Source: Bacillota bacterium (GTDB lineage Bacteria > Bacillota > Sulfobacillia > Fermentithermobacillales > Fermentithermobacillaceae). Taken from it: 64,000 nucleotides of DNA. Shown one piece after another: positions 28,819 to 38,930 of the stretch. The translations under genes and the position numbers were made by a program. The DNA is taken from NCBI GenBank assembly GCA_050952125.1, contig JBMNKK010000003.1:111408-175407 (forward strand), read 5' to 3'. The notes beneath the pieces were generated by a model. That model saw only the letters and a list, made by a program, of their open reading frames with translations. It did no database searches and was not told where the DNA came from. Numbering within the stretch: position 1 is the first letter of the stretch; each line of letters opens with the position of its first letter.

Positions 28819-30642
28819 TTATACCCGCGAGGAGGTCGCGTGGGAAGTTCTTCCAAAGAAGTCTCCCATATCTTTCATGGTGAGCTCCCGAACTACCGGC
28901 CTTCCGTGAGGACATGTTCGAGCGCCGGGCTCGGCATGGAGGGCCTGGATAAGCGCGCACGCTTCCTCTCTGGTAAGGGGTTCGCGAGCCCTCACGGAGG
29001 CGTGACAAGCGGCGGTCTCAATGCGAGCCGATTCCAGCAGCCTCTCAGGCGAGACTGAGGAGACGCGGCTGTTGGAGGGGGCTCGGCTTGCCTCTTTTCC
29101 CTCGAGAGACAGCTTCGCCAGGACCTCTTTGAGGGCGCCTGGATGCAGGGCTTTTCCCAAAACCATAGGCACCGAGGTCACCATTACCGTTTGATCTCCT
29201 ACCAACCTGCATCCGAAACCGACGCTCTCCAAGACCTCTTCGAAGTCTTCATAAGCAGCGATCTCTTTGGGGTCGAGGCGTACCATCTCAGCCATAAGAA
29301 GATCCTGGCTGCCGCTCTCTCCGCAGAGCATCGCTCGATAGGTCAGGCTCTCCATGAGCGCGTGCTTGTCGATAATAAGCAGCGAGGAACCGGTGGAAGC
29401 GATGAGGTACGTATCTTCCACTGACCCCAGGTACTGCCATTTCGGCGGCGAATCTGGATAGTCGGCGTCTGCAGTGAGAAGGCCAAGTTCCTCGGGGCGG
29501 GAGGGCCCTATTCCCAGGGAATCTGCAGAAGCGAAAGGAAGCCCGAAGTGGCGATGAGGCCAGTGCGGTTGAACTCTCTCTCTCTCTTCCTTTCCCGGAC
29601 TCGTGTCGCGGACTACTCCCCACTTGCCGCTCTCCACGCTCTCAACAAAGCTGCCCCCAAGGCTTTTCTGAAGCGCCAAGCTTACGGCGCGAGTTACGGC
29701 CCTCTTCACGGCCGTCTCGTTCCTGAACTTCACCTGGGACTTGGTAGGGTGAACGTTCACGTCCACCTCCTCAGGAGGGAGGTCGATGTTGAGTACGGCA
29801 GCCGGATATGTCTTGGGTGGGATAAGCCCGGCATATGCAGTGTCCAGGGCCCAGGCAAGATTCGTGTCTCTCACCGGGCGGCGGTTCACCGCGAACAGCT
29901 CTCTGTCTCTCAGTCTTCTATATACCGATGGAAGCCCGGCGAATCCTGAGATTGTAACGCCTTCTGACGAGCGAAATCCTACCTCAGCCCACGCTTCGTC
30001 CGGGCCAAAGATATCTTGAATCGCGTTCTTGAGCCCTTGTCCCCCGGTGGCGAAGATGGTCTTCCCGCCCGTCCTGAGGGTAAACGACACATCGGGCCAT
30101 GCCAGAGCCAGGCGCATAACGGCGTCGACAATCGCTTGCCGTTCGCTGGCCTTGGATTTCACGAACTTGAGCCGTGCAGGCGTGTTGAAGAACAGGTCGC
30201 GGACTGTCACCGTCGTGCCCTGCGGCAACCCTTTTTCCGCCACTGCCAAGATTACTCCGCCGATAATCCGGACTTCGGTTCCCACCTTAAAGCCCTCTGC
30301 CCTGGTCTCGAGCGTCAGGCGGGAACATGAGGCAATCGAGGGGAGCGCTTCGCCGCGGAATCCCAAGGTCGCTATGCGCGAAAGGTCCTCGGTTGTTGAG
30401 AGTTTTGAGGTAGCGAAGCGTTCCACCGACAAGGGGGCGTCGTCAGGCGTCATTCCGGTACCGTTATCCGAGACCCTCAAGAGCGACAAGCCGCCATCCT
30501 CAAAGTCTATTATGATGCGGGTGGCCTTCGCGTCTAAGGAGTTTTCTATGAGTTCCTTCAATGCGGAAGCCGGGCGCTCGACGACTTCTCCGGCGGCTAT
30601 TTGGCTTGATACAAGGGGGTCAAGTCGAGCAATGTTTGGCAC
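28819..30642 (-). CDS. mutL: DNA mismatch repair protein MutL
   Basis: QIAAGEVVERP, KELIENSLDA, GFRGEAL, DVNVHPTK, CPHGRP. Confidence 0.95.
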   Translation of the reverse strand: MPNIARLDPLVSSQIAAGEVVERPASALKELIENSLDAKATRIIIDFEDGGLSLLRVSDNGTGMTPDDAPLSVERFATSKLSTTEDLSRIATLGFRGEALPSIASCSRLTLETRAEGFKVGTEVRIIGGVILAVAEKGLPQGTTVTVRDLFFNTPARLKFVKSKASERQAIVDAVMRLALAWPDVSFTLRTGGKTIFATGGQGLKNAIQDIFGPDEAWAEVGFRSSEGVTISGFAGLPSVYRRLRDRELFAVNRRPVRDTNLAWALDTAYAGLIPPKTYPAAVLNIDLPPEEVDVNVHPTKSQVKFRNETAVKRAVTRAVSLALQKSLGGSFVESVESGKWGVVRDTSPGKEERERVQPHWPHRHFGLPFASADSLGIGPSRPEELGLLTADADYPDSPPKWQYLGSVEDTYLIASTGSSLLIIDKHALMESLTYRAMLCGESGSQDLLMAEMVRLDPKEIAAYEDFEEVLESVGFGCRLVGDQTVMVTSVPMVLGKALHPGALKEVLAKLSLEGKEASRAPSNSRVSSVSPERLLESARIETAACHASVRAREPLTREEACALIQALHAEPGARTCPHGRPVVRELTMKDMGDFFGRTSHATSSRV

Positions 30643-30646
30643 GGCT

Positions 30647-33406
30647 TTATCTCTCCTCCTGCAGTCGCTTCTTTAGCGCGTACAGCTTCTCAAGTGCCTC
30701 AAGGGGACTCATCCGGTCCACATCCAACGCCTCGAGTTCTTCGACTATCTCGACGGCACCCGGGGATATTGAAGAACCGGCTGCCGCTTCAGAAGGCCCT
30801 CCAAACAAGGTTGCCTGGCCGGGCAGGGCATGGAACTCGACCGGCCCGCTGCTCCTCGATGCGACCTGGCCCAGTATTCCGGTGCGCCACTTTGAGCCCC
30901 GCCGGGCCTCTGCTTCCAAGCCGGCGAGGATTTCCCGCGCTCGCAGGACCACGTCTTCGGGCAGCCCGGCCATTCGCGATACGTCTATGCCGAAACTCCC
31001 TTCCGCCACGCCCTTCCCCACTCGCCTTAAGAACACGATTTCCTCTCCGGCCTTCTTCACAGCAACGCTGTAGTTGTGGATGTTGGGCTTCAGGTCGGAA
31101 AGAAGGGTTAATTCCCGGTAATGCGTGGCTACAAGAGCCCTCGTGCCCTTCCGCCCAGCCTCACCGGCCAAAAACTCAACAACAGCCCAGGCGACTGCCA
31201 GGCCGTCAAACGTGCTCGTGCCTCGCCCGATCTCATCGAGGATCACCAGGCTCTTATCGGTGGCGTTCCGCAGGATGCGAGATACTTCCGACATCTCCAC
31301 CATGAACGTGGATTGGCCCAGGACCAGATCGTCGTACGCTCCGACTCTGGCAAAGACCTTGTCGACGCACCCAATCTTGGCGGATTTGGCAGGAACGTAG
31401 CAGCCCATTTGAGCCATGATCACGCACAGGGCCGCTTGCCGGCAGTAAGTGGACTTGCCGCCCATGTTGGGGCCCGTGATGATGAGGATGCGCTCCTTAT
31501 CGTCTAGCTTTAGGTCGTTCGGCACGAATGAACCCGGCGGAATGACCTGCTCCAGAACGGGGTGCCGCCCATCCTTAACGATAATATCGCCTTCCTGGCT
31601 GACTTTTGGCCGGCAGTAGTTGTTGGCGACAGAGACTTCCGCGAAGGAAGCCAGCACGTCAAGTACCGCAATTGCCTGCGCGGTCGCCTGGATTCGGTGG
31701 GTACGCGACTCAACGAAGTCGCGGACTTCCGAGAATACGCGGTATTCCTCTCTGTTCAGTCTTTCCTCAGCGCCGAGAATGGCCGCCTCTTTCTCCCTGA
31801 GTTCCTGTGTGACGTATCTTTCGGCAGAAACCAGGGTCTGTTTGCGGATGTAGTTTTCGGGCACGCTTGACAGGTTGGCCTTTGTGACTTCTATGTAATA
31901 CCCGAACACCCGGTTGTAACCCACTTTGAGGGATTTCACTCCTGTCCGTTCCCGCTCGCGAGCTTCCAGATCGAGCACCCATCTCTTACCGCCCGCCGCA
32001 AGGTCGCGCAGTTCGTCGATGGACGGGTCATACCCCTTCCGGACCACTCCGCCATCTGTAACCGAGAGCGGCGGGTCATCCACGATAGCCTTCCGGATGA
32101 GGTCTGATGCTTCAGGGACAGGGTCGAGGCTTCCGGCAATCCTCGCGAGGAAAGCACACGGGGAAACCGATGTCGCCTGCTCCAGCGCTCTCGCAAGGTC
32201 AGGGACCGCCTCGAGCGATGAGGCGATCGACACGAGATCCCTGGCGTTACAGGACTTATACGCGATCTTGGTTACGAGCCTCTCAAGATCCTTCACCCTT
32301 GAGAGCCCCTTGCGGATAGTCGCTCTCAGGCCGCTGTCAGAGAACAGCCTGTCCACAACTTGGAGACGCTCGTTTATCCTGTTCGAATCGCTGAGAGGCC
32401 GCTCGATCCAGTGCCTGAGGAGCCTTGAACCCATCGACGTACAAGTGCGGTCAAGCACGCGCATGAGCGAGCCTTCCTTGCCGCCTTGGAGTCTCTCGAG
32501 GAGCTCAAGGTTCCGCTTTGTAGACGGATCGATTTCGAGGTAACCATCCTCCAGGTAGAATACGGGCGCCTTGAGGTGCCCGAGGTCCACCATCTGGGTT
32601 TCCTTGAGATAGGTGAGCAGCATCGAGAGGGCCTTAAGAGCGCACGATCTCCCCCTGGCGGCGAGCTCTGAGGAAAAGTCCTGGCCGTAGATGGAACTTA
32701 TCTCGTCGCCGTACTTCGCACTGCCTGCAAACGAAAAGGCGGAGATGCAGGCTCCGGAGCACCAGCGTGACACCTGATCTACGGTATCCTCCGGCATGTC
32801 CTCCGTGATGACGCACTCTTTGGGCGACAGCCGCCCGAGTTCCTCGAAAAGCTTCGTCCTCCCTGTCGACGCGCTTCCATACCCGCTCCCGGAGAGGCGC
32901 CCCTCGTGCGGACGCTCGGCCGTATCCGAACACCCCTCGAATTCGGCCAGCAGAACTTCTCCTGTGGACAGATCGCAAGCGCAAAAAGCGCTCTTGTCCT
33001 CTCGGCCTTCGCTGCCGAAGGCGATCGCCGCAATGTAGGAGGAACCGGATTCCTCGGAACCCTCCCAGTACGTCCCCGGCGTGATCACTCTCACAACATC
33101 GCGCCGTACAAGGCCTTTTGATAGAGCAGGGTCTTCCAGTTGCTCGCACAGGGCGACTTTGTAGCCTTTCTCGATCAGCACTTTTATGTAGTCGTGGACG
33201 GAATGGTGAGGCACGCCGCACATGGGCGCCCTCTTCCCTTCGCCGGCTCCCCTGCCGGTAAGGGCGATCCCGAGCTCTCTGGAACCGATTTCCGCGTCCT
33301 CGAAGAACATCTCGTAAAAGTCACCCAGCCTGAAGAACAAGAGCGCATCGCTGTATCTCGCCTTCAGGCTCCGGTATTGGGCCATCATCGGAGTTGTCTC
33401 TCTCAT
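30647..33406 (-). CDS. mutS: DNA mismatch repair protein MutS
   Basis: TPMMAQY, GDFYEMF, GPNMGGKST, STFMVEM, DEIGRGTST, ATHY. Confidence 0.97.
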   Translation of the reverse strand: MRETTPMMAQYRSLKARYSDALLFFRLGDFYEMFFEDAEIGSRELGIALTGRGAGEGKRAPMCGVPHHSVHDYIKVLIEKGYKVALCEQLEDPALSKGLVRRDVVRVITPGTYWEGSEESGSSYIAAIAFGSEGREDKSAFCACDLSTGEVLLAEFEGCSDTAERPHEGRLSGSGYGSASTGRTKLFEELGRLSPKECVITEDMPEDTVDQVSRWCSGACISAFSFAGSAKYGDEISSIYGQDFSSELAARGRSCALKALSMLLTYLKETQMVDLGHLKAPVFYLEDGYLEIDPSTKRNLELLERLQGGKEGSLMRVLDRTCTSMGSRLLRHWIERPLSDSNRINERLQVVDRLFSDSGLRATIRKGLSRVKDLERLVTKIAYKSCNARDLVSIASSLEAVPDLARALEQATSVSPCAFLARIAGSLDPVPEASDLIRKAIVDDPPLSVTDGGVVRKGYDPSIDELRDLAAGGKRWVLDLEARERERTGVKSLKVGYNRVFGYYIEVTKANLSSVPENYIRKQTLVSAERYVTQELREKEAAILGAEERLNREEYRVFSEVRDFVESRTHRIQATAQAIAVLDVLASFAEVSVANNYCRPKVSQEGDIIVKDGRHPVLEQVIPPGSFVPNDLKLDDKERILIITGPNMGGKSTYCRQAALCVIMAQMGCYVPAKSAKIGCVDKVFARVGAYDDLVLGQSTFMVEMSEVSRILRNATDKSLVILDEIGRGTSTFDGLAVAWAVVEFLAGEAGRKGTRALVATHYRELTLLSDLKPNIHNYSVAVKKAGEEIVFLRRVGKGVAEGSFGIDVSRMAGLPEDVVLRAREILAGLEAEARRGSKWRTGILGQVASRSSGPVEFHALPGQATLFGGPSEAAAGSSISPGAVEIVEELEALDVDRMSPLEALEKLYALKKRLQEER

Positions 33407-33413
33407 ATCCCGG

Positions 33414-34892
33414 TCATCCCTCGATGGATCCTCTAAGGTACCAAACTCCGGCCTCCTTGACAGTCACTTGCACCAAGGAGCCGGGCTCAGGCAGCGGCGC
33501 CTGGCTTTCGGCCAGCACCATTTTGTTGGTCCGCGTCCTGCCGCGAACGATACGCTTGTCGTCAGCGTCGTGAGACTCTACTAGGACCTGGACGGCCTCA
33601 CCTATCATAGCCAGGTTCCTCTCAAGCGTTATCTTGGATTGGACTTCCACCAAATGCTGCAGCCTTCTTGACTTCTCGTCTTTGGGCACCTGTCCCTTCA
33701 TTTTGGCGGCAGGAGTGCCTTTTCTCGGTGAAAAAACGAATGTGAAAGCGCCGTCGAACTTCACGCGGCGCACGACGTCTAGTGTTTCCTGGAAATCATC
33801 CTCGGTCTCTCCCGGAAAACCCACGATGATGTCTGTAGTTATGGATGCCCCGGGAACGGTTTCCTCGATGTACCGGGCAAGGGACAGGTACTCTTCTTTC
33901 GTATAGCCCCGGTTCATTATCCTGAGGATGCGGTCTGAGCCTGACTGAAGCGGCAGGTGGAAATGCTCGCACACCTTGTCGCACTCGCGGGCGGCGTCCA
34001 CCATTTCCTTGGTGAAATCGCGAGGGTGAGACGTGAAGTAACGGATGCGTTCCAGTCCGGCAACGGTGTTGATCTCCCTAAGGAGCGACGCGAAGTCGTA
34101 GGTAGTCCCGGCCTCATTCGGGGCCGGCTGGGCGAGGTATTTCCTGTCGAGCCCGAACGCATTCACGTTCTGGCCTAACAGCGTGATCTCCTTATACCCC
34201 CTATCCACCAGGCCGCGCACTTCCCTCAGGACGTCTCCGGGAAGCCTGGATATCTGCGGACCCCTGACGTACGGCACGATGCAGTAGGAGCAGAAATTGT
34301 CGCACCCGTACATTATGGTGACGTAAGCGGTCACCCCGGGGATGTTGCTTCTGGGAAGCCCTTCGGGAAGGATCTGTGTGGATTCATCCCTGTTCGCCGC
34401 AGTCCGGCCCGGAGATACCGCCGTGAGGAGCCCCCTTCGCGGACGATCCTCCATACAGGTGCCCGATTGTTCCCGGGCACGGACCGTCACTTGCCTCGCT
34501 TCCTTAACCAGCTCCGGGATCCGGTGGATATTGCCCGGACCTGCGAGGACCTTCACGAACGGCATTCTCTGCCTCACTCTGTCCAGCGTGCTCGGCAGCT
34601 GTGCCATGCAGCCCGCCAAGACGAAAACCGGCTCATCGCCCCGCCTCTCTGCGGCGAGTCTGCCTAGCCGGCTCCAGACCTTCGATTCTGCTGATTCGCG
34701 AACGGCGCACGTGTTGAGGATAATGACATCCGCCTCATTGGGGCTGTCAACCGGCACCATATCGTGGTCTGACAGAAGGGCCGAGATCGTTTCGGAGTCT
34801 CTCTCGTTCATCTGACAACCGAACGTCTCGACATAAAAAGTCGTGTCCGAACCCAAGTGGAACCACCTGTCTTTGGCGTCTATTCCCCGCAA
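33414..34892 (-). CDS. miaB: tRNA ms2i6A37 methylthiotransferase
   Basis: TFGCQMNERDSE, NTCAVRE, GCDNFCSYC radical-SAM motif, HLPLQSGS, C-terminal TRAM. Confidence 0.93.
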   Translation of the reverse strand: MRGIDAKDRWFHLGSDTTFYVETFGCQMNERDSETISALLSDHDMVPVDSPNEADVIILNTCAVRESAESKVWSRLGRLAAERRGDEPVFVLAGCMAQLPSTLDRVRQRMPFVKVLAGPGNIHRIPELVKEARQVTVRAREQSGTCMEDRPRRGLLTAVSPGRTAANRDESTQILPEGLPRSNIPGVTAYVTIMYGCDNFCSYCIVPYVRGPQISRLPGDVLREVRGLVDRGYKEITLLGQNVNAFGLDRKYLAQPAPNEAGTTYDFASLLREINTVAGLERIRYFTSHPRDFTKEMVDAARECDKVCEHFHLPLQSGSDRILRIMNRGYTKEEYLSLARYIEETVPGASITTDIIVGFPGETEDDFQETLDVVRRVKFDGAFTFVFSPRKGTPAAKMKGQVPKDEKSRRLQHLVEVQSKITLERNLAMIGEAVQVLVESHDADDKRIVRGRTRTNKMVLAESQAPLPEPGSLVQVTVKEAGVWYLRGSIEG

Positions 34893-34930
34893 TTATACTT
34901 TGAGGCAGTACGGGCGCACAAATGCGGGTT

Positions 34931-35896
34931 CTAGACCAAATGACAGGCTGCGAAGTGCCCTGGACTTATCTCGCGCCACTCGGGACGAGACTCCCTGCAC
35001 TGAGCCCTCGCCTTTGGGCACCTCGTATGGAAAGTACAGCCCGATGGCGGATTGAGCGGGCTGGGCACGTCGCCTTCCAGGAGGATCCGGGTCTTTCTCA
35101 CGTCGGGATCCGGTACCGGAATGGCAGACAGGAGCGCAGCAGTGTAGGGGTGTCTTGGATTCGAATACAGTTCGTCCCTCGATGCCAGTTCCACCAACCT
35201 TCCCAGGTACATGACTCCTACCCTGTCCGATATATGCTGAACCACCGACAAGTTGTGGGCGATGAACAGGTAAGTAAGCCCGAACTGTTCCTGCAGGTCT
35301 TCGAGAAGGTTCAGGATCTGAGACTGGATCGATACGTCAAGAGCCGAGACAGGCTCGTCACACACGATGAGCTTGGGCTTCAGGGCAAGAGCGCGCGCGA
35401 TGCCTATCCTCTGCCTCTGCCCTCCCGAAAACTCGTGAGGATACCGCTTCGCGTGATAGGGGCTGAGCCCCACCACCTCAAGGAGGTCATTTACCATTTC
35501 GGCGCGTTCCCTGCCCGAAGCGATCCCGTGTACGGTGAAGGCTTCGCCTATGATATCGCCAACGGTCATCCTGGCGTTCAGTGACCCGTAGGGATCCTGG
35601 AAAATGATCTGCATTTCCTTACGGAGGCGCCGCGTCTGGCGACGGTTGAGCCTCAAAATGTCCTGCCCTTGAAAGAGGACTTCGCCTCCTGTGGGCTCCA
35701 GGAGCCTTAGAATGCATCTGCCGGTGGTCGTCTTGCCGCAGCCGCTCTCGCCGACAAGGCCAAGCGTCTCGCCGGGATAGATGCCGAAGGATACGCCGTC
35801 GACGGCCTTGATCCAGGCTCTTACCTGGGAGAAAAAGCCCCCGCGTACCGGGAAGTATTTTTTCAGGTCGCGTACTTCAACTAGGTATTCAGACAT
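34931..35896 (-). CDS. appF: peptide ABC ATP-binding protein (App/Dpp type)
   Basis: [17 protein letters not shown]-terminal Cys motif GCTFHTRCP...C...ACH. Confidence 0.88.
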   Translation of the reverse strand: MSEYLVEVRDLKKYFPVRGGFFSQVRAWIKAVDGVSFGIYPGETLGLVGESGCGKTTTGRCILRLLEPTGGEVLFQGQDILRLNRRQTRRLRKEMQIIFQDPYGSLNARMTVGDIIGEAFTVHGIASGRERAEMVNDLLEVVGLSPYHAKRYPHEFSGGQRQRIGIARALALKPKLIVCDEPVSALDVSIQSQILNLLEDLQEQFGLTYLFIAHNLSVVQHISDRVGVMYLGRLVELASRDELYSNPRHPYTAALLSAIPVPDPDVRKTRILLEGDVPSPLNPPSGCTFHTRCPKARAQCRESRPEWREISPGHFAACHLV

Positions 35897-36883
35897 CTAT
35901 ATCACCTGGCCCTTGGCGCTTACTGGATGGAAGCAGCTCACTTTGTGAGTTGACGTGACCCCGGATATCTCGGGTTCGGCCTCCCTGCATTCCTCAGTAA
36001 CGTAGTCGCAGCGGTTGTTGAAGGGACACCCCTTAGGCATGAACATGGGGTTAGGAACGGTACCCTGTATGACGTGAAGCCGTGACTGCACCCTGTCCAT
36101 CCTCGGTATTGAGTTCAAGAGGCCCAGAGTGTACGGGTGGAGCGGGTGGTGGAAGATATCCCTGGCCGTTCCCTCTTCGACGATTTTCCCGAGGTACATA
36201 ACGGCCACGCGGTCGGCCATCTCGGCCACCACGCCCAGGTCGTGGGTGATAAGCATGATTGCGGTTCCGGTTCGCGCCTTCAGGTCCTTCATGAGTTCGA
36301 GTATCTGAGCTTGAATGGTGACGTCCAGAGCCGTTGTTGGCTCATCGGCGATCAGGAGCGTAGGATCGCACGCCAGTGCCATGGCGATCATGACCCGCTG
36401 CCGCATACCGCCTGACATCTCGTGAGGGTACTGCTTAAGTCTCCGCTCGGGTTCCGGGATTCCCACAGAGTGAAGCAGCCGAGCCGCTTTCTCCATCCCT
36501 TGCTCGCGCGTGTATCCCATGTGGTGCTCCAGCACTTCAGAAATCTGGTCACCTATCGTAAACACAGGGTTCAGGCTGGTCATAGGTTCCTGGAAAATCA
36601 TGCTCATCTTCGATCCGCGGATCTTGCGCATCTCGTCAGGCGTCTTTTTCCGGAGATCCTCGCCCTGGAACAGCACTTCGCCCGCCTCTATTCTCCCCGG
36701 CGGATACGGTATGAGGCCCATGACCGAGAAGGCCGTCACGCTTTTCCCACAGCCCGACTCGCCTACAACTCCCAGCGTCTCGCCAGGCATGATATCGAAG
36801 GAGACTCCTCGCACCGCGGGGTTCCTGCCGTCCGACGTGTAGAAGACTGTATGCAGATTCCTTACTGATAAGAGCGGAGTCAT
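35897..36883 (-). CDS. appD: peptide ABC ATP-binding protein (App/Dpp type)
   Basis: [32 protein letters not shown]...C...SC. Confidence 0.88.
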   Translation of the reverse strand: MTPLLSVRNLHTVFYTSDGRNPAVRGVSFDIMPGETLGVVGESGCGKSVTAFSVMGLIPYPPGRIEAGEVLFQGEDLRKKTPDEMRKIRGSKMSMIFQEPMTSLNPVFTIGDQISEVLEHHMGYTREQGMEKAARLLHSVGIPEPERRLKQYPHEMSGGMRQRVMIAMALACDPTLLIADEPTTALDVTIQAQILELMKDLKARTGTAIMLITHDLGVVAEMADRVAVMYLGKIVEEGTARDIFHHPLHPYTLGLLNSIPRMDRVQSRLHVIQGTVPNPMFMPKGCPFNNRCDYVTEECREAEPEISGVTSTHKVSCFHPVSAKGQVI

Positions 36884-36905
36884 CGGACTCGCCTCCTTCT
36901 TGAAC

Positions 36906-37817
36906 TTAGTCCTTCAGCCTCGGGTCAAGGGCGTCTCGCAGCCCGTCGCCCACATAGTTGAAGGCGAGAACGGTGAGGAAAATGAATATCCCCGGGAAGG
37001 TGGTAATCCACGGCGCCTGCAAGAGGTAAGTCCTGCCTGCGCTGAGGATGCTGCCCCAACTGGGGAAAGGTTCCGGAACGCCGAGGCCCAGGAAGCTTAG
37101 GCTCGATTCCGATAAGATGGCTCCGCCGATCCTGATAGTGGTCGATACGATCACCGGCGCCATGGCGTTGGGCAGAATGTGCCGGAAGATTATCCGCGCA
37201 TCTGTCGCGCCGAGAGCCCGCGCCGCTTCCGTGAACTCCTGCTCGCGAAGGGATAAGATCTGCCCTCTAACCATCCTGGCCAAAGACGGCCATGACGTGA
37301 AGCCAATCACCAACATGATATTGAAAATGCTGCGCTCTACTATGGAGACGATCGTGAGCAGCAGAAAGAAGGTTGGAAACGCCATCACGATTTCGGTGAA
37401 CCGCATCAGGATGTCGTCCACACGCCCTCCAAAATACGCCGCAGTCGATCCCACAAGGACTCCCAGGGCTACCGCCACCGCCGCCGCTACGAAGCCCACC
37501 GCGAGGCTTATCCTGCTGCCCCACACAACGCGAGAGAATACGTCCCGGCCTATGTTATCGGTACCCATAAGGTGCTCCCGCGAAGGAGGCAAGAGCTTGT
37601 TTGGCGGATCAACCACCTCGTACGATTGCGTGGCCAAGAAAGGTGCGAAGATCGCCAGGGTATACATGAACACAAGGATATAAAGGCCGGCCATGGCTAG
37701 CTTGTGTTTCTTGAACCGGCGCCAGACCATCTTGCCGTAGGATTCCGGTTCAGGCATCATGGCGTCCCCACCGGAGTTGGCACGGACGCGGTCATTGTCG
37801 GGTGCTGTTTGCGCCAT
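36906..37817 (-). CDS. appC: peptide ABC permease
   Basis: HLMGTDNIGRD, EFTEAARALG, HILPN, GDGLRDALDPR; ATG37817 after GAGGAG. Confidence 0.88.
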   Translation of the reverse strand: MAQTAPDNDRVRANSGGDAMMPEPESYGKMVWRRFKKHKLAMAGLYILVFMYTLAIFAPFLATQSYEVVDPPNKLLPPSREHLMGTDNIGRDVFSRVVWGSRISLAVGFVAAAVAVALGVLVGSTAAYFGGRVDDILMRFTEIVMAFPTFFLLLTIVSIVERSIFNIMLVIGFTSWPSLARMVRGQILSLREQEFTEAARALGATDARIIFRHILPNAMAPVIVSTTIRIGGAILSESSLSFLGLGVPEPFPSWGSILSAGRTYLLQAPWITTFPGIFIFLTVLAFNYVGDGLRDALDPRLKD

Positions 37818-37830
37818 CTCCTCGGCCCCC

Positions 37831-38802
37831 TTAGGAGTATTTGATCCGCGGATCAACCACTACGTAGAGGAGGTCCGCAAGGAAGTTGCCCAACACCATG
37901 AGCGTAGCGCCCATCATGTTGATGGCCATGACTATCTGGTAATCCCGCTGGAATATGGCCCGGATGGAAAGGAGGCCGATGCCCGGCCAGGAGAAAATCG
38001 ATTCTATCACGACCATGCCGCCGAAGAGGAGAGGCAGCTCGGCTCCTAACAGAGTGACGATGGGCAGGAGCGCGTTTCTCATAGCGTGCTTCACTATGAC
38101 GATCTTCTCCGGCAGCCCTTTAGCCCGGGCAGTCCTCACATAGTCCTGCCGGATCACTTCCAGCATGCTTGACCGCATATATCTGGCGACCCCCGTCATG
38201 CTTCCGAACGCGACCACAATGACAGGCATTACCACGTGAGCCGCTCTATCTATTACCGTTGGCCAAAATCCGGCAGTCCTGACGTTGAGTCCTATAGTGC
38301 CGATTCCCGAAATCGGCAGCCAGTCGAGTTTCAGCCCGAAAAAGTAGATGAGTATAAGGCCGATCCAAAACGAAGGCACCGCCTGGCCCAGGAACGCCAT
38401 GCTGGTCATTATGTGGTCAAACTTGGAGTATTGTTTCAGCGCCGAAATGATGCCAACGGGAATGGCCACAATATAGATCACGATCATGATGAGAAAGTTC
38501 AGGTATAAAGTGTACGGCAACCTCTCCAAAATTGACTTCGTCACGGGTTGACCGTCAACGAACGACCGTCCAAAGTCTCCCTTCAAGACGTGCTGCATCC
38601 ACCGGAGGTATTGGACATGGAGAGGGTCGTTGAGACCGTAAAGCTCCTTAATCCTCGCCCTTTCCTCGGCGGTCGCGTTGCGCTCTACCAGAAGGTCAAC
38701 GGGGTCCCCCGGGGCGAGGTGCATGATGGCGAAATTCAGTATGGATATCCCTATGAGAAGCGGGATCATCTGGAGCAGTCTCCGGCCAATATAGTTAAGC
38801 AT
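37831..38802 (-). CDS. appB: peptide ABC permease
   Basis: APGDP, GDFGRS, DYVRTARAKG, FSWPGIG, DPRI. Confidence 0.88.
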   Translation of the reverse strand: MLNYIGRRLLQMIPLLIGISILNFAIMHLAPGDPVDLLVERNATAEERARIKELYGLNDPLHVQYLRWMQHVLKGDFGRSFVDGQPVTKSILERLPYTLYLNFLIMIVIYIVAIPVGIISALKQYSKFDHIMTSMAFLGQAVPSFWIGLILIYFFGLKLDWLPISGIGTIGLNVRTAGFWPTVIDRAAHVVMPVIVVAFGSMTGVARYMRSSMLEVIRQDYVRTARAKGLPEKIVIVKHAMRNALLPIVTLLGAELPLLFGGMVVIESIFSWPGIGLLSIRAIFQRDYQIVMAINMMGATLMVLGNFLADLLYVVVDPRIKYS

Positions 38803-38821
38803 CTCAGCCCTCTCCCTCGGA

Positions 38822-38870
38822 ATCCGGACCGGCCGGGCCTTAAGCCTTCAGACCCGAAACCGGTCCGGAT
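38822..38870 (-). terminator. intercistronic hairpin after appA
   Basis: ATCCGGACCGG...CCGGTCCGGAT inverted repeat; second hairpin AGGCGGA-CA-TCCGCCT at 38885-38900. Confidence 0.55.
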
Positions 38871-38930
38871 CAACGTCTTCTCGCAGGCGGACATCCGCCT
38901 TGCTTGTCTTAAGTCACCAATAAGTAGATC

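Noticed and set aside
32860-32940. Gly/Ser-rich insertion in MutS (and inserts in MiaB) as inteins
   Set aside because: Only ~25-30 aa with no intein splice motifs; likely surface loops
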